64,000 nt of DNA from Spirochaetales bacterium (GCA_016935735.1 JAFGQK010000174.1:10386-74385), one strand, 5' to 3'; positions 1-10,049 are shown, counted from the first letter of the stretch. A program made the numbers and translations. Notes: generated by a model from the sequence alone, not told the origin.

Positions 1-980
1 AACCCTTTGTCGGCGAAAAAGAAGACGGGCACTCGGATGGTGCTGTATTAAAACCGTGCTATGATTCGTATCGCGGAATCACCGTAACCCATGGGATATG
101 TCCCCGTTATGGGGATGTGGATACATACCACATGGCGATGTGTGCTGTCGACGAAGCCTTTCGTGCGCATATAGCCCTTGGGGGAAATCCCGAAGAGGTA
201 TCTGCACTCGATAATTTCTGCTGGCCCGACCCTCTTGAATCGGAAACGAACCCGGATGCGCGCTATAAACTGGCACAACTTGTCCGGGCATGCAGGGGCC
301 TCCATGATGCATGTATGGCGTATTCAATCCCGCTTATCTCCGGTAAGGATTCGATGAAAAACGATGCAATTGTGGGTGGAAAAAAGATATCTGTCCGTCC
401 CACCCTTTTAATTTCCCTTATGGGCATTATTCCCGATATCCGGACTGCCATTACCACAGATTTCAAAAAGCCGGGAGACACTATTGTGCTTCTTGGTTAT
501 ACAAATGGCGAACTCGGGGGAACACGGTTCGAACAACTTGTCGGAAAAGAACTCGGTAATTGCCCGGAAGTAAGACCGGCTGAAGCATATCCCCTGTATG
601 AAGCAATGTACCAGGCAAATCAAAAGGGTCTTGTATCTTCATGTCATGACCTTTCGGATGGCGGGCTTGGAATTGCCCTCTGTGAATCGGCAATCGGGGG
701 AAGACTCGGTGCAGCCATATGCCTGGATGATATCCCCGGTAACGATACGTCACAACAGGAAGATGCCCGTATTCTTTTCTGCGAATCGCCATCCCGGTTC
801 CTCGTTACGCTGGCCGGGGAAAAGAAAGACATGTTCTTTGCCTTAATGAAAGATATTCCCTGTATTGCCGTCGGGCAGGTGACAGGAACCCCCCTCATCA
901 CCATAAATCGTGCAGGGAATACCCTGCTTTCAATCGATCTCGATACAATTATACGTGCATGGAAAACCCCTTTTGAATAA
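1..980 (+). CDS. purL: Phosphoribosylformylglycinamidine synthase subunit PurL, C-terminal part. The gene is 5'-truncated by the window edge.
   Basis: The reading frame stays open from nt 3 to the stop at 980, and the GTG at 117 is only the first in-frame start the ORF tool found. The HDxSDGGL motif is present as 'SSCHDLSDGGLGIALCESAIGG', and the domain is typical of the PurM-like C-terminal domain of PurL/FGAM synthase. Confidence 0.7.
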   Translation, partial: PFVGEKEDGHSDGAVLKPCYDSYRGITVTHGICPRYGDVDTYHMAMCAVDEAFRAHIALGGNPEEVSALDNFCWPDPLESETNPDARYKLAQLVRACRGLHDACMAYSIPLISGKDSMKNDAIVGGKKISVRPTLLISLMGIIPDIRTAITTDFKKPGDTIVLLGYTNGELGGTRFEQLVGKELGNCPEVRPAEAYPLYEAMYQANQKGLVSSCHDLSDGGLGIALCESAIGGRLGAAICLDDIPGNDTSQQEDARILFCESPSRFLVTLAGEKKDMFFALMKDIPCIAVGQVTGTPLITINRAGNTLLSIDLDTIIRAWKTPFE

Positions 981-992
981 CAACAGTTTTCA

Positions 993-3900
993 TTACAGCT
1001 TCTTCAGTTTGAATAATGTCAGTATATGAAACAATGCGGCATGAAGAAGGAGAACTGCCAGATTATACCAGATTGTCCTGAAAACGAAACATCCCCATAT
1101 CTTATCGTGTGCAGGAAAGATATTGACATCCGTTACCCAGTCTGTAATTCCCGCCAGATCCCTTCTTTTAAGCATTTTAAGCCATTCAACGGTTCCTGCA
1201 TCATAAAAGTCTTTATGCACCGCCTCGTTCACTTCATAATCCAGGTATTCGGTGTAGTACCCGTTCGGTCCTGCCTTAATAAATATTTCTTTAATCTCCT
1301 CCAACTCTGTCGCAGATAATCCCTTTTTTAATTCATAAACGTTCTTCATATCATCGATCGCATAGTAGTTCTTTATCGTCTCCTTAAGTTCGGGATAATC
1401 TTTTTCCAGTTCCTTTTCAATACGATCTTCAAATTCCTTCACAGATATTTTAGGGGGAAGAGGATCCTTTACCCTGGATTTGAGTTGTGCAATCGGGGTG
1501 TAGATTATTTCATTGCTGTCCCATTGCCCCTTTTCATATTCCTGTCTGATAAGCATGATACGATCCGTATCCGTTACCTGGTAGAGAGGGTTGAAGTATT
1601 CACTTCCGGCAAGAAGCCCTTCATATGACCACCGTGCAAAGGTAATATCCGAATAGACCGGGACTACCCTGTTCATCACCTTTCCCATATCGGTAAACTG
1701 GACAAACATACCCCCGAATATGATCTGGGGTATGATGATGAGCGGGATAATATTAAAAGCAGCCAGGCCGGAGCGGAGGAGGGAGGATACGAGTATTCCC
1801 AGGGCAAAAGCGGCATACGTGGTGACAAATCCCATAAGGATAAAATAAAGGTAAAAATTTCCCATTGGAAGATGACTCAATTCCGGCGGGGGAAACACCG
1901 GTATTTTAAGGATAACAAATCCCAGTGACACAAAAACCACTACCTGGAGGAATGCGAAAAGTGAAAACGTAATCGACTTGGAAATAAGATACTGCCATGG
2001 TTTTATGTCCACAATCTTTTCCCGGATTAAAATGGGCCTGTCTTTAATGACTTCATTTACACTCGCCATAAGACCGAAAAAAATAAAAATAATGGAAGAA
2101 AGAAAGAGGTATTTGGTAAACTGGGTATTGGCAAAGAACATATAAGGGGATGTCCCCCCCTTGAGCAGGAAACTCAGGATAAGCCCCAGGATAAACGGTA
2201 CCAGGAAGGTCATGATCATATTTGTCCTGTCGTTGAGTTTTTCCACAAAATTACGCCGGAATAATGAGATGAGGATTTTTAGCCTGGTAAAAATCGTTCT
2301 CTTTTTTGCAGGGGGTAGTTCTTTTGTAACTACCTGTTCTGCCTGATCTTCCTGTTCTTCCGCTGTTGTTATTTTGGAAAGGTAAAGTTGTTTCCAGTAA
2401 TCGGGATCATATCGCCGGTGGGGAAGAAGTATTTGCCTGGGTTTACGAAATAACGTACGGATAATCTTTTCGAACCCTTTGCCCCAATCCTGTTTTCTCG
2501 TATAGAGGGGGAGCCCGTCTTTTCCCAGTTCCTTTTTTTCAAGTACATTGAATATGATTTCGGGGTTTACATTCCCGCAGGACGGACATTCGATAAAATC
2601 GTCCCGTAACGGGAAGAATTTCTTAAAGTACCGGATCGCTTTCAAACTGTTACCGTAATATGCACATTTCCCCCCGACATCCAGGAGCAGAAGCTTGTCA
2701 AATTTTTTGTAGATATCCGATCCGGGTTGGTGGATGATGACGAATACAATCTTTCCCCTTTTTGAAAGGCGTGAAAGAAGGCTTATAATCATTTCCGAAT
2801 CTTTGGAAGAAAGCCCGGATGTCGGTTCATCCAGGAAAAAGAGATCCGGGTCGGCCAGGAGTTCCAGTCCGATGTTGAGTCGCTTCCTCTGTCCCCCGCT
2901 TAACACCTTCTGCACGGGATTCCCCACTTTCAGATTCTTCTTGTCCAGCAGTCCTATATCTTTCAGCACGCTTTCGATCAGGAAATTGATTTCCTTTTTG
3001 CTTCTCCCGGGCATTCGTATTTTTGCAGCATAATACAGGTTCTGGTACACGGTTAGATTCTCGAATAAAAGATCATCCTGGGGCACATACCCGATGTAAT
3101 TTCTTACTTTATCGAAATGTTCATAAAAATCCGCCCCATTCACCAACACCTGCCCGCTGTATGGTTTCAGGTATCCGAGAAGGAGCTGGAGAAGTGTTGA
3201 TTTCCCTGCCCCGCTTGCACCCATTATCCCGATCAATTCACCGCTTTTTGCTTCAAAGGAAAGATCATCAATCCCGATTTTGTTATTTTTGAATCTATAC
3301 GTAAGATGATCCACCGTAAACCGGGAAAAATGGATAATCGATGTAATGATTTTTCCTGTATCGGTATGAAAGAGCACATGGTTTTTCCCGATAATAAGGG
3401 TTGAATCCTTTTTTATTTCTTTCTTCTCTCCCTGGTGTATTTCTTTTCCATTCAGGTATATATTATACGGCAACTTTTCTGTATGAAGGGCGAAATGTAC
3501 CCCGTCTTTCACCTTGTGTAATTTGACAGGGATATAGAGTTCTTTTTCGTTCTCGTCATCAATATAGATATCGGCGAGTTGATCCTGGTCACTGATAATG
3601 AGGACATCTTTTTCAGGGGTAAACTCCTTGAGAGTATACACATCCCGGCTTTCCGTTTTAAGAATTTCCCGCAGCGGGATCTTGAAGCTGTTTTGAAGTA
3701 CAACTGAATCCGATACATTGATAAAAGAAAAAGTATCGATCTCCTGCTGATTTACCTTTATTGAACAATTTCTCTCTGTATTTTTATATAACCGGATAAT
3801 ATTCTGTGAGACATCGATCCTGAAATCTGCCCGGGCAAAATCGATCTTTTTCACCATTTTCTGGTTTTCATAGGTAAGATACATCTGCTTGCTGTACCCG

Positions 3901-4565
3901 TTCTGTTTTAGTTTAAAAAACAGGGCAATGTCACTGGTATGGATATCCTTCTTGTTTACGGAAATAACCTTTTTCCCTTCCAGGGGGACAATCTGCCCCG
4001 TATGGATGAGTTGTTCATCAACAAACATCGAAGCTTCGGGATGTTTGTTCACCAGGTAATAATGACCGTGAATCTCAAAGATTTCACAACTGCAATTATT
4101 GTATACAATATCAACGCTTTGCGGATCTTCACCGATAGCGATCTTCCTGTTTATATTGTCTGCAAAATCAAAATCATACATATCCACAAGCAGTGATTTG
4201 ATAAGGTCTGCATCTTCTTCCTGAATGGCAAAGAAACCGCACACATTATCGAAAATTAACAGTTCGCTTTCCGTAATACCGTCTGCCCCGAGGAGTTCGT
4301 ATATCTTCATGATTAACGATATCTTCCCCATATAATCCTTGCCATAGTCCCTGTTCACATTGTCCAGAATTGATTCAAGGACCGGTTTTTCTTTGAGTGC
4401 CTTGAGGAATCCCTGGAACACATCCTCGGCAACATTTTTCGGGTAGTACTGCTTGATGTATTGAGAAAAGAAATCGATCTCCTGTTCAGACACCTTGCCA
4501 TCCGCCTGGATGACATAAGCCATAAGATTGACCAGGTTCAGGTTTTCAGGTTTTATATCCGGCAT
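993..4565 (-). CDS. Multidomain ABC transporter: N-terminal TerB-like domain, two FHA-like domains, an ABC ATPase (Walker A, signature motif) and a C-terminal ABC-2 type permease.
   Basis: A Walker A motif (GASGAGKST) and the LSGGQRKR ABC signature are present, followed by 'LFFLDEPTSGLSS' as the Walker B. About six C-terminal TM helices are predicted. The N-terminus has a 'LMAYVIQADGKVSEQEIDFF' TerB/DjlA-N-like segment. Two segments resemble FHA domains ('IAIGEDPQSVDIV...HYYLVN...' and 'LIIGKNHVLF'). The probable true start is the ATG at 4565 (protein MPDIKPEN), which is preceded by a GGGGAG ribosome-binding site. The ORF-track start at 4643 is upstream of that and in frame. Confidence 0.8.
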   Translation of the reverse strand: MPDIKPENLNLVNLMAYVIQADGKVSEQEIDFFSQYIKQYYPKNVAEDVFQGFLKALKEKPVLESILDNVNRDYGKDYMGKISLIMKIYELLGADGITESELLIFDNVCGFFAIQEEDADLIKSLLVDMYDFDFADNINRKIAIGEDPQSVDIVYNNCSCEIFEIHGHYYLVNKHPEASMFVDEQLIHTGQIVPLEGKKVISVNKKDIHTSDIALFFKLKQNGYSKQMYLTYENQKMVKKIDFARADFRIDVSQNIIRLYKNTERNCSIKVNQQEIDTFSFINVSDSVVLQNSFKIPLREILKTESRDVYTLKEFTPEKDVLIISDQDQLADIYIDDENEKELYIPVKLHKVKDGVHFALHTEKLPYNIYLNGKEIHQGEKKEIKKDSTLIIGKNHVLFHTDTGKIITSIIHFSRFTVDHLTYRFKNNKIGIDDLSFEAKSGELIGIMGASGAGKSTLLQLLLGYLKPYSGQVLVNGADFYEHFDKVRNYIGYVPQDDLLFENLTVYQNLYYAAKIRMPGRSKKEINFLIESVLKDIGLLDKKNLKVGNPVQKVLSGGQRKRLNIGLELLADPDLFFLDEPTSGLSSKDSEMIISLLSRLSKRGKIVFVIIHQPGSDIYKKFDKLLLLDVGGKCAYYGNSLKAIRYFKKFFPLRDDFIECPSCGNVNPEIIFNVLEKKELGKDGLPLYTRKQDWGKGFEKIIRTLFRKPRQILLPHRRYDPDYWKQLYLSKITTAEEQEDQAEQVVTKELPPAKKRTIFTRLKILISLFRRNFVEKLNDRTNMIMTFLVPFILGLILSFLLKGGTSPYMFFANTQFTKYLFLSSIIFIFFGLMASVNEVIKDRPILIREKIVDIKPWQYLISKSITFSLFAFLQVVVFVSLGFVILKIPVFPPPELSHLPMGNFYLYFILMGFVTTYAAFALGILVSSLLRSGLAAFNIIPLIIIPQIIFGGMFVQFTDMGKVMNRVVPVYSDITFARWSYEGLLAGSEYFNPLYQVTDTDRIMLIRQEYEKGQWDSNEIIYTPIAQLKSRVKDPLPPKISVKEFEDRIEKELEKDYPELKETIKNYYAIDDMKNVYELKKGLSATELEEIKEIFIKAGPNGYYTEYLDYEVNEAVHKDFYDAGTVEWLKMLKRRDLAGITDWVTDVNIFPAHDKIWGCFVFRTIWYNLAVLLLHAALFHILTLFKLKKL

Positions 4566-4597
4566 GGTTTTTCTCCCCTGTAATAAGTGGATTTGTA

Positions 4598-4695
4598 TTG
4601 CGTTGGCAGCCAGGTTACATAGATTAGAATAAATAATAAGCACCTGGATAGTTTGTTTATTGAATTGTGGGCCTGGCCAACGTCATGATATGAAG
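4598..4695 (+). repeat. Copy A of the conserved intergenic element family (core only, lacking the long palindrome).
   Basis: The sequence 'attgcgTTGGCAGCCAGGTTAcatag...caCCTGGATAg...ttgTGGGCctgGCCaaCGTcATGatatg' aligns with the copies at 9262-9352, 21624-21767 and 30532-30674. Confidence 0.5.
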
Positions 4696-4903
4696 TATAT
4701 GCATGACAGGGGAGAAGTCAAGGAGAGGAGAGAGCGGGAAATGAGTGTGTATTTTATGGAAACAGTATTTGACAGTGCAGAATTTTAAGATTTTTGTTTC
4801 TCCCGGGAGTAAATTCGCCCGCTCGAATCTCTTTAATTCCTTGAATGGTTGTTTGACCTCTGCTTCCCTGTCGTGAACATAAATTTGAACCACTTCCGGA
4901 ATT

Positions 4904-5404
4904 TTATACTCTTTTCCTTAAATGATATACAATTGTTCTGTCTTCCATAAGTTCCGGCCCCGCATATATCTGATAACCATTTCTCTTCCAGAATTTTATA
5001 GCTTCCCCATTATTTACCTGTACTCCGGAATAAATATATTCTATTTTTTTATTCTTAATTATTTCTGACTCGATTAATGTGACGACCCTGGTTCCAAGTC
5101 CTCTTTTCCTGTATGGTTTGGCAATCATTAAAAGTGCAAGATATGCCTGATTTGGTTTATCTGAATAATTCCCTGAACAAAAATCAATAATACCAGCCAT
5201 TATTTTATTTTCAATTATTCCACAGTAGAACCTGTTTTCTTCTTTTGAAGAGTCAATATCGGCGATTACCATATCCATAGAGGCTTTTGGTACCGGACCA
5301 AGCTCAAGGAAATCCTCACATTCCCTGTATATCTGAAAAACTGTCTCCATTTCATCTGTTTTTACCGGCCTTATTTCAAGTTCCCGATCACGTATGGGAA
5401 ACAC
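4904..5404 (-). CDS. GNAT family N-acetyltransferase.
   Basis: The protein is 166 aa and carries the acetyl-CoA-binding motif 'RKRGLGTRVV' and a typical GNAT fold signature. Confidence 0.65.
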   Translation of the reverse strand: MFPIRDRELEIRPVKTDEMETVFQIYRECEDFLELGPVPKASMDMVIADIDSSKEENRFYCGIIENKIMAGIIDFCSGNYSDKPNQAYLALLMIAKPYRKRGLGTRVVTLIESEIIKNKKIEYIYSGVQVNNGEAIKFWKRNGYQIYAGPELMEDRTIVYHLRKRV

Positions 5405-5433
5405 AGACTCACCTCACGATAAAGTGATTTTTT

Positions 5434-5916
5434 TTATAAAAAAGTATCATTCCGGGGCGGCTGCGTATTACCATCCGGTAACCACAGCTTTTTTAAACAT
5501 GGCCTTCTCTTTGCTTCAATAACAAAAGGCAAAATATCTTTATCGAACAATAGCGGATCATAGGTATCCTCATTTTCGATAGAAAACCATTTATACCCTG
5601 TTAGTTTATCAAATCCCGCTGAATCAAGTATGATATGTTGCTTCTCCTTAATTGAGGCGATTGCAACAAAATATTCTTTATATTTTCTGTCCGGATTATT
5701 ATGGGAGAAATTGAATAGCTCATGGATATCAATTTCTACACCTAATTCTTCCATTATTTCACGTCTGATTCCTTCCACCGGTTCTTCATTTTCTTCCAGT
5801 CCGCCCCCGGGCAGCCACCAGTATCTTTTCCCTTCCGGTGTTTCGTGTTCCACAAGCAGAAGTTCTTTTAATGAGTTGAGTAAAAAAGCACAGCACCGGC
5901 TATGACGATTAGACAT
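5434..5916 (-). CDS. NUDIX hydrolase.
   Basis: The Nudix box 'LPGGGLEENEEPVEGIRREIMEELGV' (GX5EX7REUXEEXGU) is present. Confidence 0.7.
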   Translation of the reverse strand: MSNRHSRCCAFLLNSLKELLLVEHETPEGKRYWWLPGGGLEENEEPVEGIRREIMEELGVEIDIHELFNFSHNNPDRKYKEYFVAIASIKEKQHIILDSAGFDKLTGYKWFSIENEDTYDPLLFDKDILPFVIEAKRRPCLKKLWLPDGNTQPPRNDTFL

Positions 5917-5921
5917 TTTTT

Positions 5922-8900
5922 CTATTCAAGTTCTTTCAAACTGGCAAGAATCCGCTCTCTGTTTGCCCTGTGTTCTGCAAGCCTGTCGCGCTGTTTCTGC
6001 ACCACATCCGCCGGCGCCCGGTTTACAAAGTTTTCGTTATTCAGTTTCTTTTCACTCGCCTCAATCTCTTTTTCAACCCGGGAAAGTGCATCGTTCAGGC
6101 GCTTTTTTTCTTCTTCATCATCGATTACATCGTGAACAAAGATCTGGCATTCTGCAACAAGTTTGTATGCTGAACCGGGTATTCTCTTTGCCCCTGTCTT
6201 TACCGTGAGTTCACCGATTCCCCCGAGTTCCTCTACAATATAGGCTTTCCGGGAAATAAACTCTTTTATCCTGTCTACCGGACTTACCGTTACCACAAGT
6301 TTTTCCTTTGGCGGCACATTCCGTTCCGAACGTATTTCCCGTACTGCACGTGTTATGTCCTGTAATAAAGCGAATTCCGCATGGATGGTTTCATTTTCAA
6401 GTCCGGGTAAGGGAACGGGCCATGGGGCATTGATAAGCTGGTCTGTCACTGTTACTGCTGCCAGGTTTCCGAGTCCGCGGACAGGGGCATATTCACCAAG
6501 TATCTGCCAGAGATGTTCTGTAATAAAAGGAATAAACGGATGGAGGAGTCTTAATATCTGGTCCAGGCAGAAGGATAGAACCTGGGTTACGACTCCCCCG
6601 GATTGTTCATTCCTGTTTCCCAGTCTCGGCTTGATAAGTTCAACGTACCAGTCGCAGAAAGATGACCAGAAAAAATCACGTACGGCGTTCAGTGCAAAGC
6701 TGGGGTTGTAATTTTCAAGTCCCCTGTTCACTTCCCGGATGGTATTACTCAAGCAGTCAAGTATCCAGAGGTCTTCAAAGGCCAGGTCATTATGCGTTCT
6801 TTCTGTGGCCAGGACATTGTGCATGTTCATGAATGCAAAGCGGGCCGAATTCCATAGTTTTGTACAAAAGGCTCTCCCGATTTCGAATCGTTCACTGGTC
6901 AATTTCGCCTGTTTCAGATGGGGCAAAGTACCAAGAACGTCAAATTCCTTTTTACACGCATTACACACATAGCAGAATATATTCCCCCCGTGCTTTGTAC
7001 CCCCCAGGTCATTATGGTGCCCGCATTCCGGGCATATGGCAGTCACCGGGAGCCGGATATCCTGTGTCCCTGTCTGCATATCGGAAAGAACATAGCGTAT
7101 TGCATCTGTTCCGTATGCATTGATAATATCCACCGGATCAATGCCGTTTCCTTTGGATTTACTCATCCGGACGCCCTTGCCATCCAGGATATTGGCATGA
7201 ATAAACACATCGGTAAAAGGGATATCCCCGAGGCAGTAAAGACCGGCAAGCACCATCCGTGCAACCCAGAGGGTAATAATGTCCCGGCCCGTAATAAGGC
7301 AGCTTCCCGGGTAATAGTATGAAAGACAGTCCTCAATGCCGTCCCGGGGCTTGCCCAGGGGGGTCTGCCCTTCATCAACCTCTGCTGTTTCCGGCTCCGG
7401 CCACCCCAGGGTGGAAAAGGGCCAGAGTGCGGATGAAAACCAGGTATCCAGCACATCCGTATCCTGTTCATACCCATGGGATTCAAGTACCTTAATAATG
7501 TCTTCTGCATCGCTTAAAAGACAGATATCCACCCTGCATTCTTCATCCTCCTGCCATACAGGAAGATTAAACCTTTCAAGTCCTGCCCCTGTAACAAGTA
7601 CTTTTTTTTCTGTTTGTATGGTATTGATACTTATAACAAACTCCCTGCCCGCTTCCTTCTGTCTTTCACATAAACAGATAAGTTCTGCAAAAAGTGCTTC
7701 TGATGAAAGCTGATCCTTTTCAAATGTTTTTGACCAGACAGGGATCCGGTGTCCCCACCAGAGTTGCCTGCTTATAGGCCAGTCCCTTTTCTCTGAAAGC
7801 CAGTCCAGGTAGGTCTTTTTATACCGCTCAGGATGGATTGTTACCCTTCCGTCGATAATAGCATCCATGGCTGCCTGTACCAGTCCGGGGCTCTTGAACT
7901 CTTTGTCCGTACCCCGCCCCATAATAATACCATCATCAACATCACCCATTTTTATGAACCACTGGTCTGATAGAAACGGTTCGATCGGTGTCTTGCTCCT
8001 GTCACTGTGCCCGATCTCTACAGTCCTGTCTTCGATACGGTTTAAAAGCTTCTGCTTATCCATATCCTGTACCACCTTTTCCCGCGCAGCAAACCGGTCC
8101 ATCCCTGTATATGGTCCTGCGTTCTCATTCAGGGTGCCGTCCTCATTCAGGATATTGATAATGTCAATCTCATCCCTGTGACGCATCCACACTGCATAAT
8201 CGTTATAATCATGGGCAGGGGTTATCTTTACACAACCCGAACCGAGTTCGGGCTTTGCCCATTCATCCAGGATAAGCGGTATGGGTCTGTTTAAAAGGGG
8301 AAGGTTTACCTTTTTCCCGGCCATAGCCATATCACGGAGTTTCAGAAGCCCGGGAAGGATCGTCTTTTTCCGTTCATAAAGCCCTTCAAGTTCTTTTTCC
8401 AGTTCAGCTTTACTCCCCGGCCCTGCATGGGAAAACTCATGTTCCGTTTCCCTTATTTTATGATTCAAGGCACCTTCCGGTTCCGGGTGTACTGCCACCG
8501 CGGTATCGCCAAGCATTGTTTCCGGCCGGGTAGTTGCAACAATCACGGCACCCGGCCCCGATTCTCCCGGATCAATCACCGGGTAAATAAGATGCCAGAA
8601 ATGCCCGTCTACTGTTTCATAATACATCTCATCATCGGATATTGTCGTATGGAGAAAAACATCCCAGTTTACCAGCCGTTTTCCCCGGTAAATAAGACCG
8701 TCCCGGAACATCCGGAAAAAAGCATACCGTACAGCCCGTGCACAGACATTATCCATGGTAAACCGCTGCCGGTCCCAGTCGCAGCTGCATCCCATACGCT
8801 GCTGCTGTTCGATAATTCGCGCCTGGTACATGTCCTTCCATTTCCATATTCGTTTTACAAGACCTTCCCGTCCGATTTCGTGGCGTGTAATATTTTCAAG

Positions 8901-9257
8901 CTCTTTGAGCCTCTTTTCAACCACAGCCTGGGTAGCAATGCCTGCATGGTCTGTACCGGGCATCCAGAGGGTATTGTCCCCCATCATCCTGTGCCAGCGT
9001 ATAAGGAGATCCTGCATACCATTGTCCATGGCATGCCCCATATGAAGTGCACCGGTGACATTGGGAAGAGGCATCATTACTACATAGCGTTTATCCCGCT
9101 TTCGTTCATCCGGTACAGCGTGAAATGCGCCTCCCTTTAACCAGAGTTTATAAATTTTTCCCTCCACTTCGGAAGGTGTATACGTTTTCGATAATTCGGC
9201 CTTTTCACTCATCTTCTTATACCTGACTTTCCTTATTATGCTATTCTGATTTACCAT
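5922..9257 (-). CDS. valS: Valine--tRNA ligase.
   Basis: The HIGH-type motif 'HMGHA' and the KMSKS motif 'KMSKSKGN' are present. The N-terminus 'TYTPSEVEGKIYKLWLKGGAFHA' is typical of ValRS, and the C-terminus is a coiled coil. An alternative start is M at 9212 (MSEKAEL...). Confidence 0.9.
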   Translation of the reverse strand: MVNQNSIIRKVRYKKMSEKAELSKTYTPSEVEGKIYKLWLKGGAFHAVPDERKRDKRYVVMMPLPNVTGALHMGHAMDNGMQDLLIRWHRMMGDNTLWMPGTDHAGIATQAVVEKRLKELENITRHEIGREGLVKRIWKWKDMYQARIIEQQQRMGCSCDWDRQRFTMDNVCARAVRYAFFRMFRDGLIYRGKRLVNWDVFLHTTISDDEMYYETVDGHFWHLIYPVIDPGESGPGAVIVATTRPETMLGDTAVAVHPEPEGALNHKIRETEHEFSHAGPGSKAELEKELEGLYERKKTILPGLLKLRDMAMAGKKVNLPLLNRPIPLILDEWAKPELGSGCVKITPAHDYNDYAVWMRHRDEIDIINILNEDGTLNENAGPYTGMDRFAAREKVVQDMDKQKLLNRIEDRTVEIGHSDRSKTPIEPFLSDQWFIKMGDVDDGIIMGRGTDKEFKSPGLVQAAMDAIIDGRVTIHPERYKKTYLDWLSEKRDWPISRQLWWGHRIPVWSKTFEKDQLSSEALFAELICLCERQKEAGREFVISINTIQTEKKVLVTGAGLERFNLPVWQEDEECRVDICLLSDAEDIIKVLESHGYEQDTDVLDTWFSSALWPFSTLGWPEPETAEVDEGQTPLGKPRDGIEDCLSYYYPGSCLITGRDIITLWVARMVLAGLYCLGDIPFTDVFIHANILDGKGVRMSKSKGNGIDPVDIINAYGTDAIRYVLSDMQTGTQDIRLPVTAICPECGHHNDLGGTKHGGNIFCYVCNACKKEFDVLGTLPHLKQAKLTSERFEIGRAFCTKLWNSARFAFMNMHNVLATERTHNDLAFEDLWILDCLSNTIREVNRGLENYNPSFALNAVRDFFWSSFCDWYVELIKPRLGNRNEQSGGVVTQVLSFCLDQILRLLHPFIPFITEHLWQILGEYAPVRGLGNLAAVTVTDQLINAPWPVPLPGLENETIHAEFALLQDITRAVREIRSERNVPPKEKLVVTVSPVDRIKEFISRKAYIVEELGGIGELTVKTGAKRIPGSAYKLVAECQIFVHDVIDDEEEKKRLNDALSRVEKEIEASEKKLNNENFVNRAPADVVQKQRDRLAEHRANRERILASLKELE

Positions 9258-9261
9258 CCTG

Positions 9262-9352
9262 CTAAAATAACAAGGTTAAATCAAAATGGCTGAACGCTGG
9301 CCACCGGGTTAAATAAACCGGGTTATGGGTGTAACCATCGTTATGATATGGT
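9262..9352 (+). repeat. Copy B of the conserved intergenic element family, carrying the core plus a half-palindrome remnant.
   Basis: The sequence 'taaaataacaaggttaaatcaaaatggctgAACGCTGGCCACCGGGTTAaataAACCGGGTTAtgggtgtaaccatCGTTATGatatgg' is homologous to copies C and D, including 'aaaataacaag' from the palindrome arm. Confidence 0.5.
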
Positions 9353-9538
9353 AGTTATATAATTAATGAAACAGGAAGTCAATGTAAAGGGTGTTCTTTC
9401 AGCGGTTCTGAATATGAGATTTATGCTATGTGAGTATTTTAAAAATTTATATTGCAATAGGTGTTTTTATCTATCATAATGTGTTATAAGGAAGGATATC
9501 CTGTATAAATGCGATAGTATATAACAAGGAGGTATTCG

Positions 9539-9931
9539 ATGAAACAAATTAAAATCCTTATCATTGTTATGAGTTTTTTGTTATTAACTTCTGTTCTTTG
9601 TGCAGATACAATGAACTGGATAATACACATAATGGCCGGTATGAAGTTTACCGTGCATTTTAACGAAAAGGATTCCAAATACAAGGGATTATTAAAAAAA
9701 GAACCCCTCGATTTTTTACGAAGCGGGGAATCATATGATGTTATTTATAAAAACGGTGAATTCTTGTGCAGCGGGTATCATAATAAAAGGAAGCAAAAGG
9801 GTACATGGGGCGATTCAAGGGGAAATCCCCTGAACAACCAGATTTCTCTCTGGGGCAGGATATTTGCATTTGACGGGGAAGGAAATATCTATGATGCCGA
9901 GCATGGTCTTGTCGGACACTTAACAAGATAA
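9539..9931 (+). CDS. Hypothetical small secreted protein.
   Basis: The N-terminal signal peptide is 'MKQIKILIIVMSFLLLTSVLCA'. I recognise no conserved domain. Confidence 0.45.
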   Translation: MKQIKILIIVMSFLLLTSVLCADTMNWIIHIMAGMKFTVHFNEKDSKYKGLLKKEPLDFLRSGESYDVIYKNGEFLCSGYHNKRKQKGTWGDSRGNPLNNQISLWGRIFAFDGEGNIYDAEHGLVGHLTR

Positions 9932-9965
9932 TAAAAAATTTTTAATTCAAATATCTTCCTCACTC

Positions 9966-9994
9966 TTGACATCCAGGTAAGTTGGGTGTACGTT
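9966..9994 (+). promoter_or_regulatory. Candidate sigma70-type promoter (TTGACA-N17-TACGTT) upstream of the LeuB-family gene.
   Basis: A 'TTGACA' at 9966-9971 and a 'TACGTT' at 9989-9994 are separated by a 17-nt spacer. An AAGGAGG ribosome-binding site lies just before the ATG at 10050. Confidence 0.3.
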
Positions 9995-10049
9995 TTCATA
10001 TCTTTTTAAAATTTCACTACTGCATACAGGGAAAGATCAAGGAGGAACC

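Noticed and set aside
117-980. The GTG at 117 is given in the ORF track as the start of the first gene.
   Set aside because: The same frame is open back to nt 3 with no stop and encodes PurL-like sequence. The gene is therefore truncated by the window edge and does not start at 117.
8427-9140. A 237-aa + strand ORF inside valS. Similar antisense ORFs include 481-792, 10700-11062, 22110-22586, 58852-59376, 35172-35390 and 45271-45561.
   Set aside because: Each is antisense to, or out of frame with, a gene that has strong motif support. All are low-complexity with no motifs, so they are taken as spurious.
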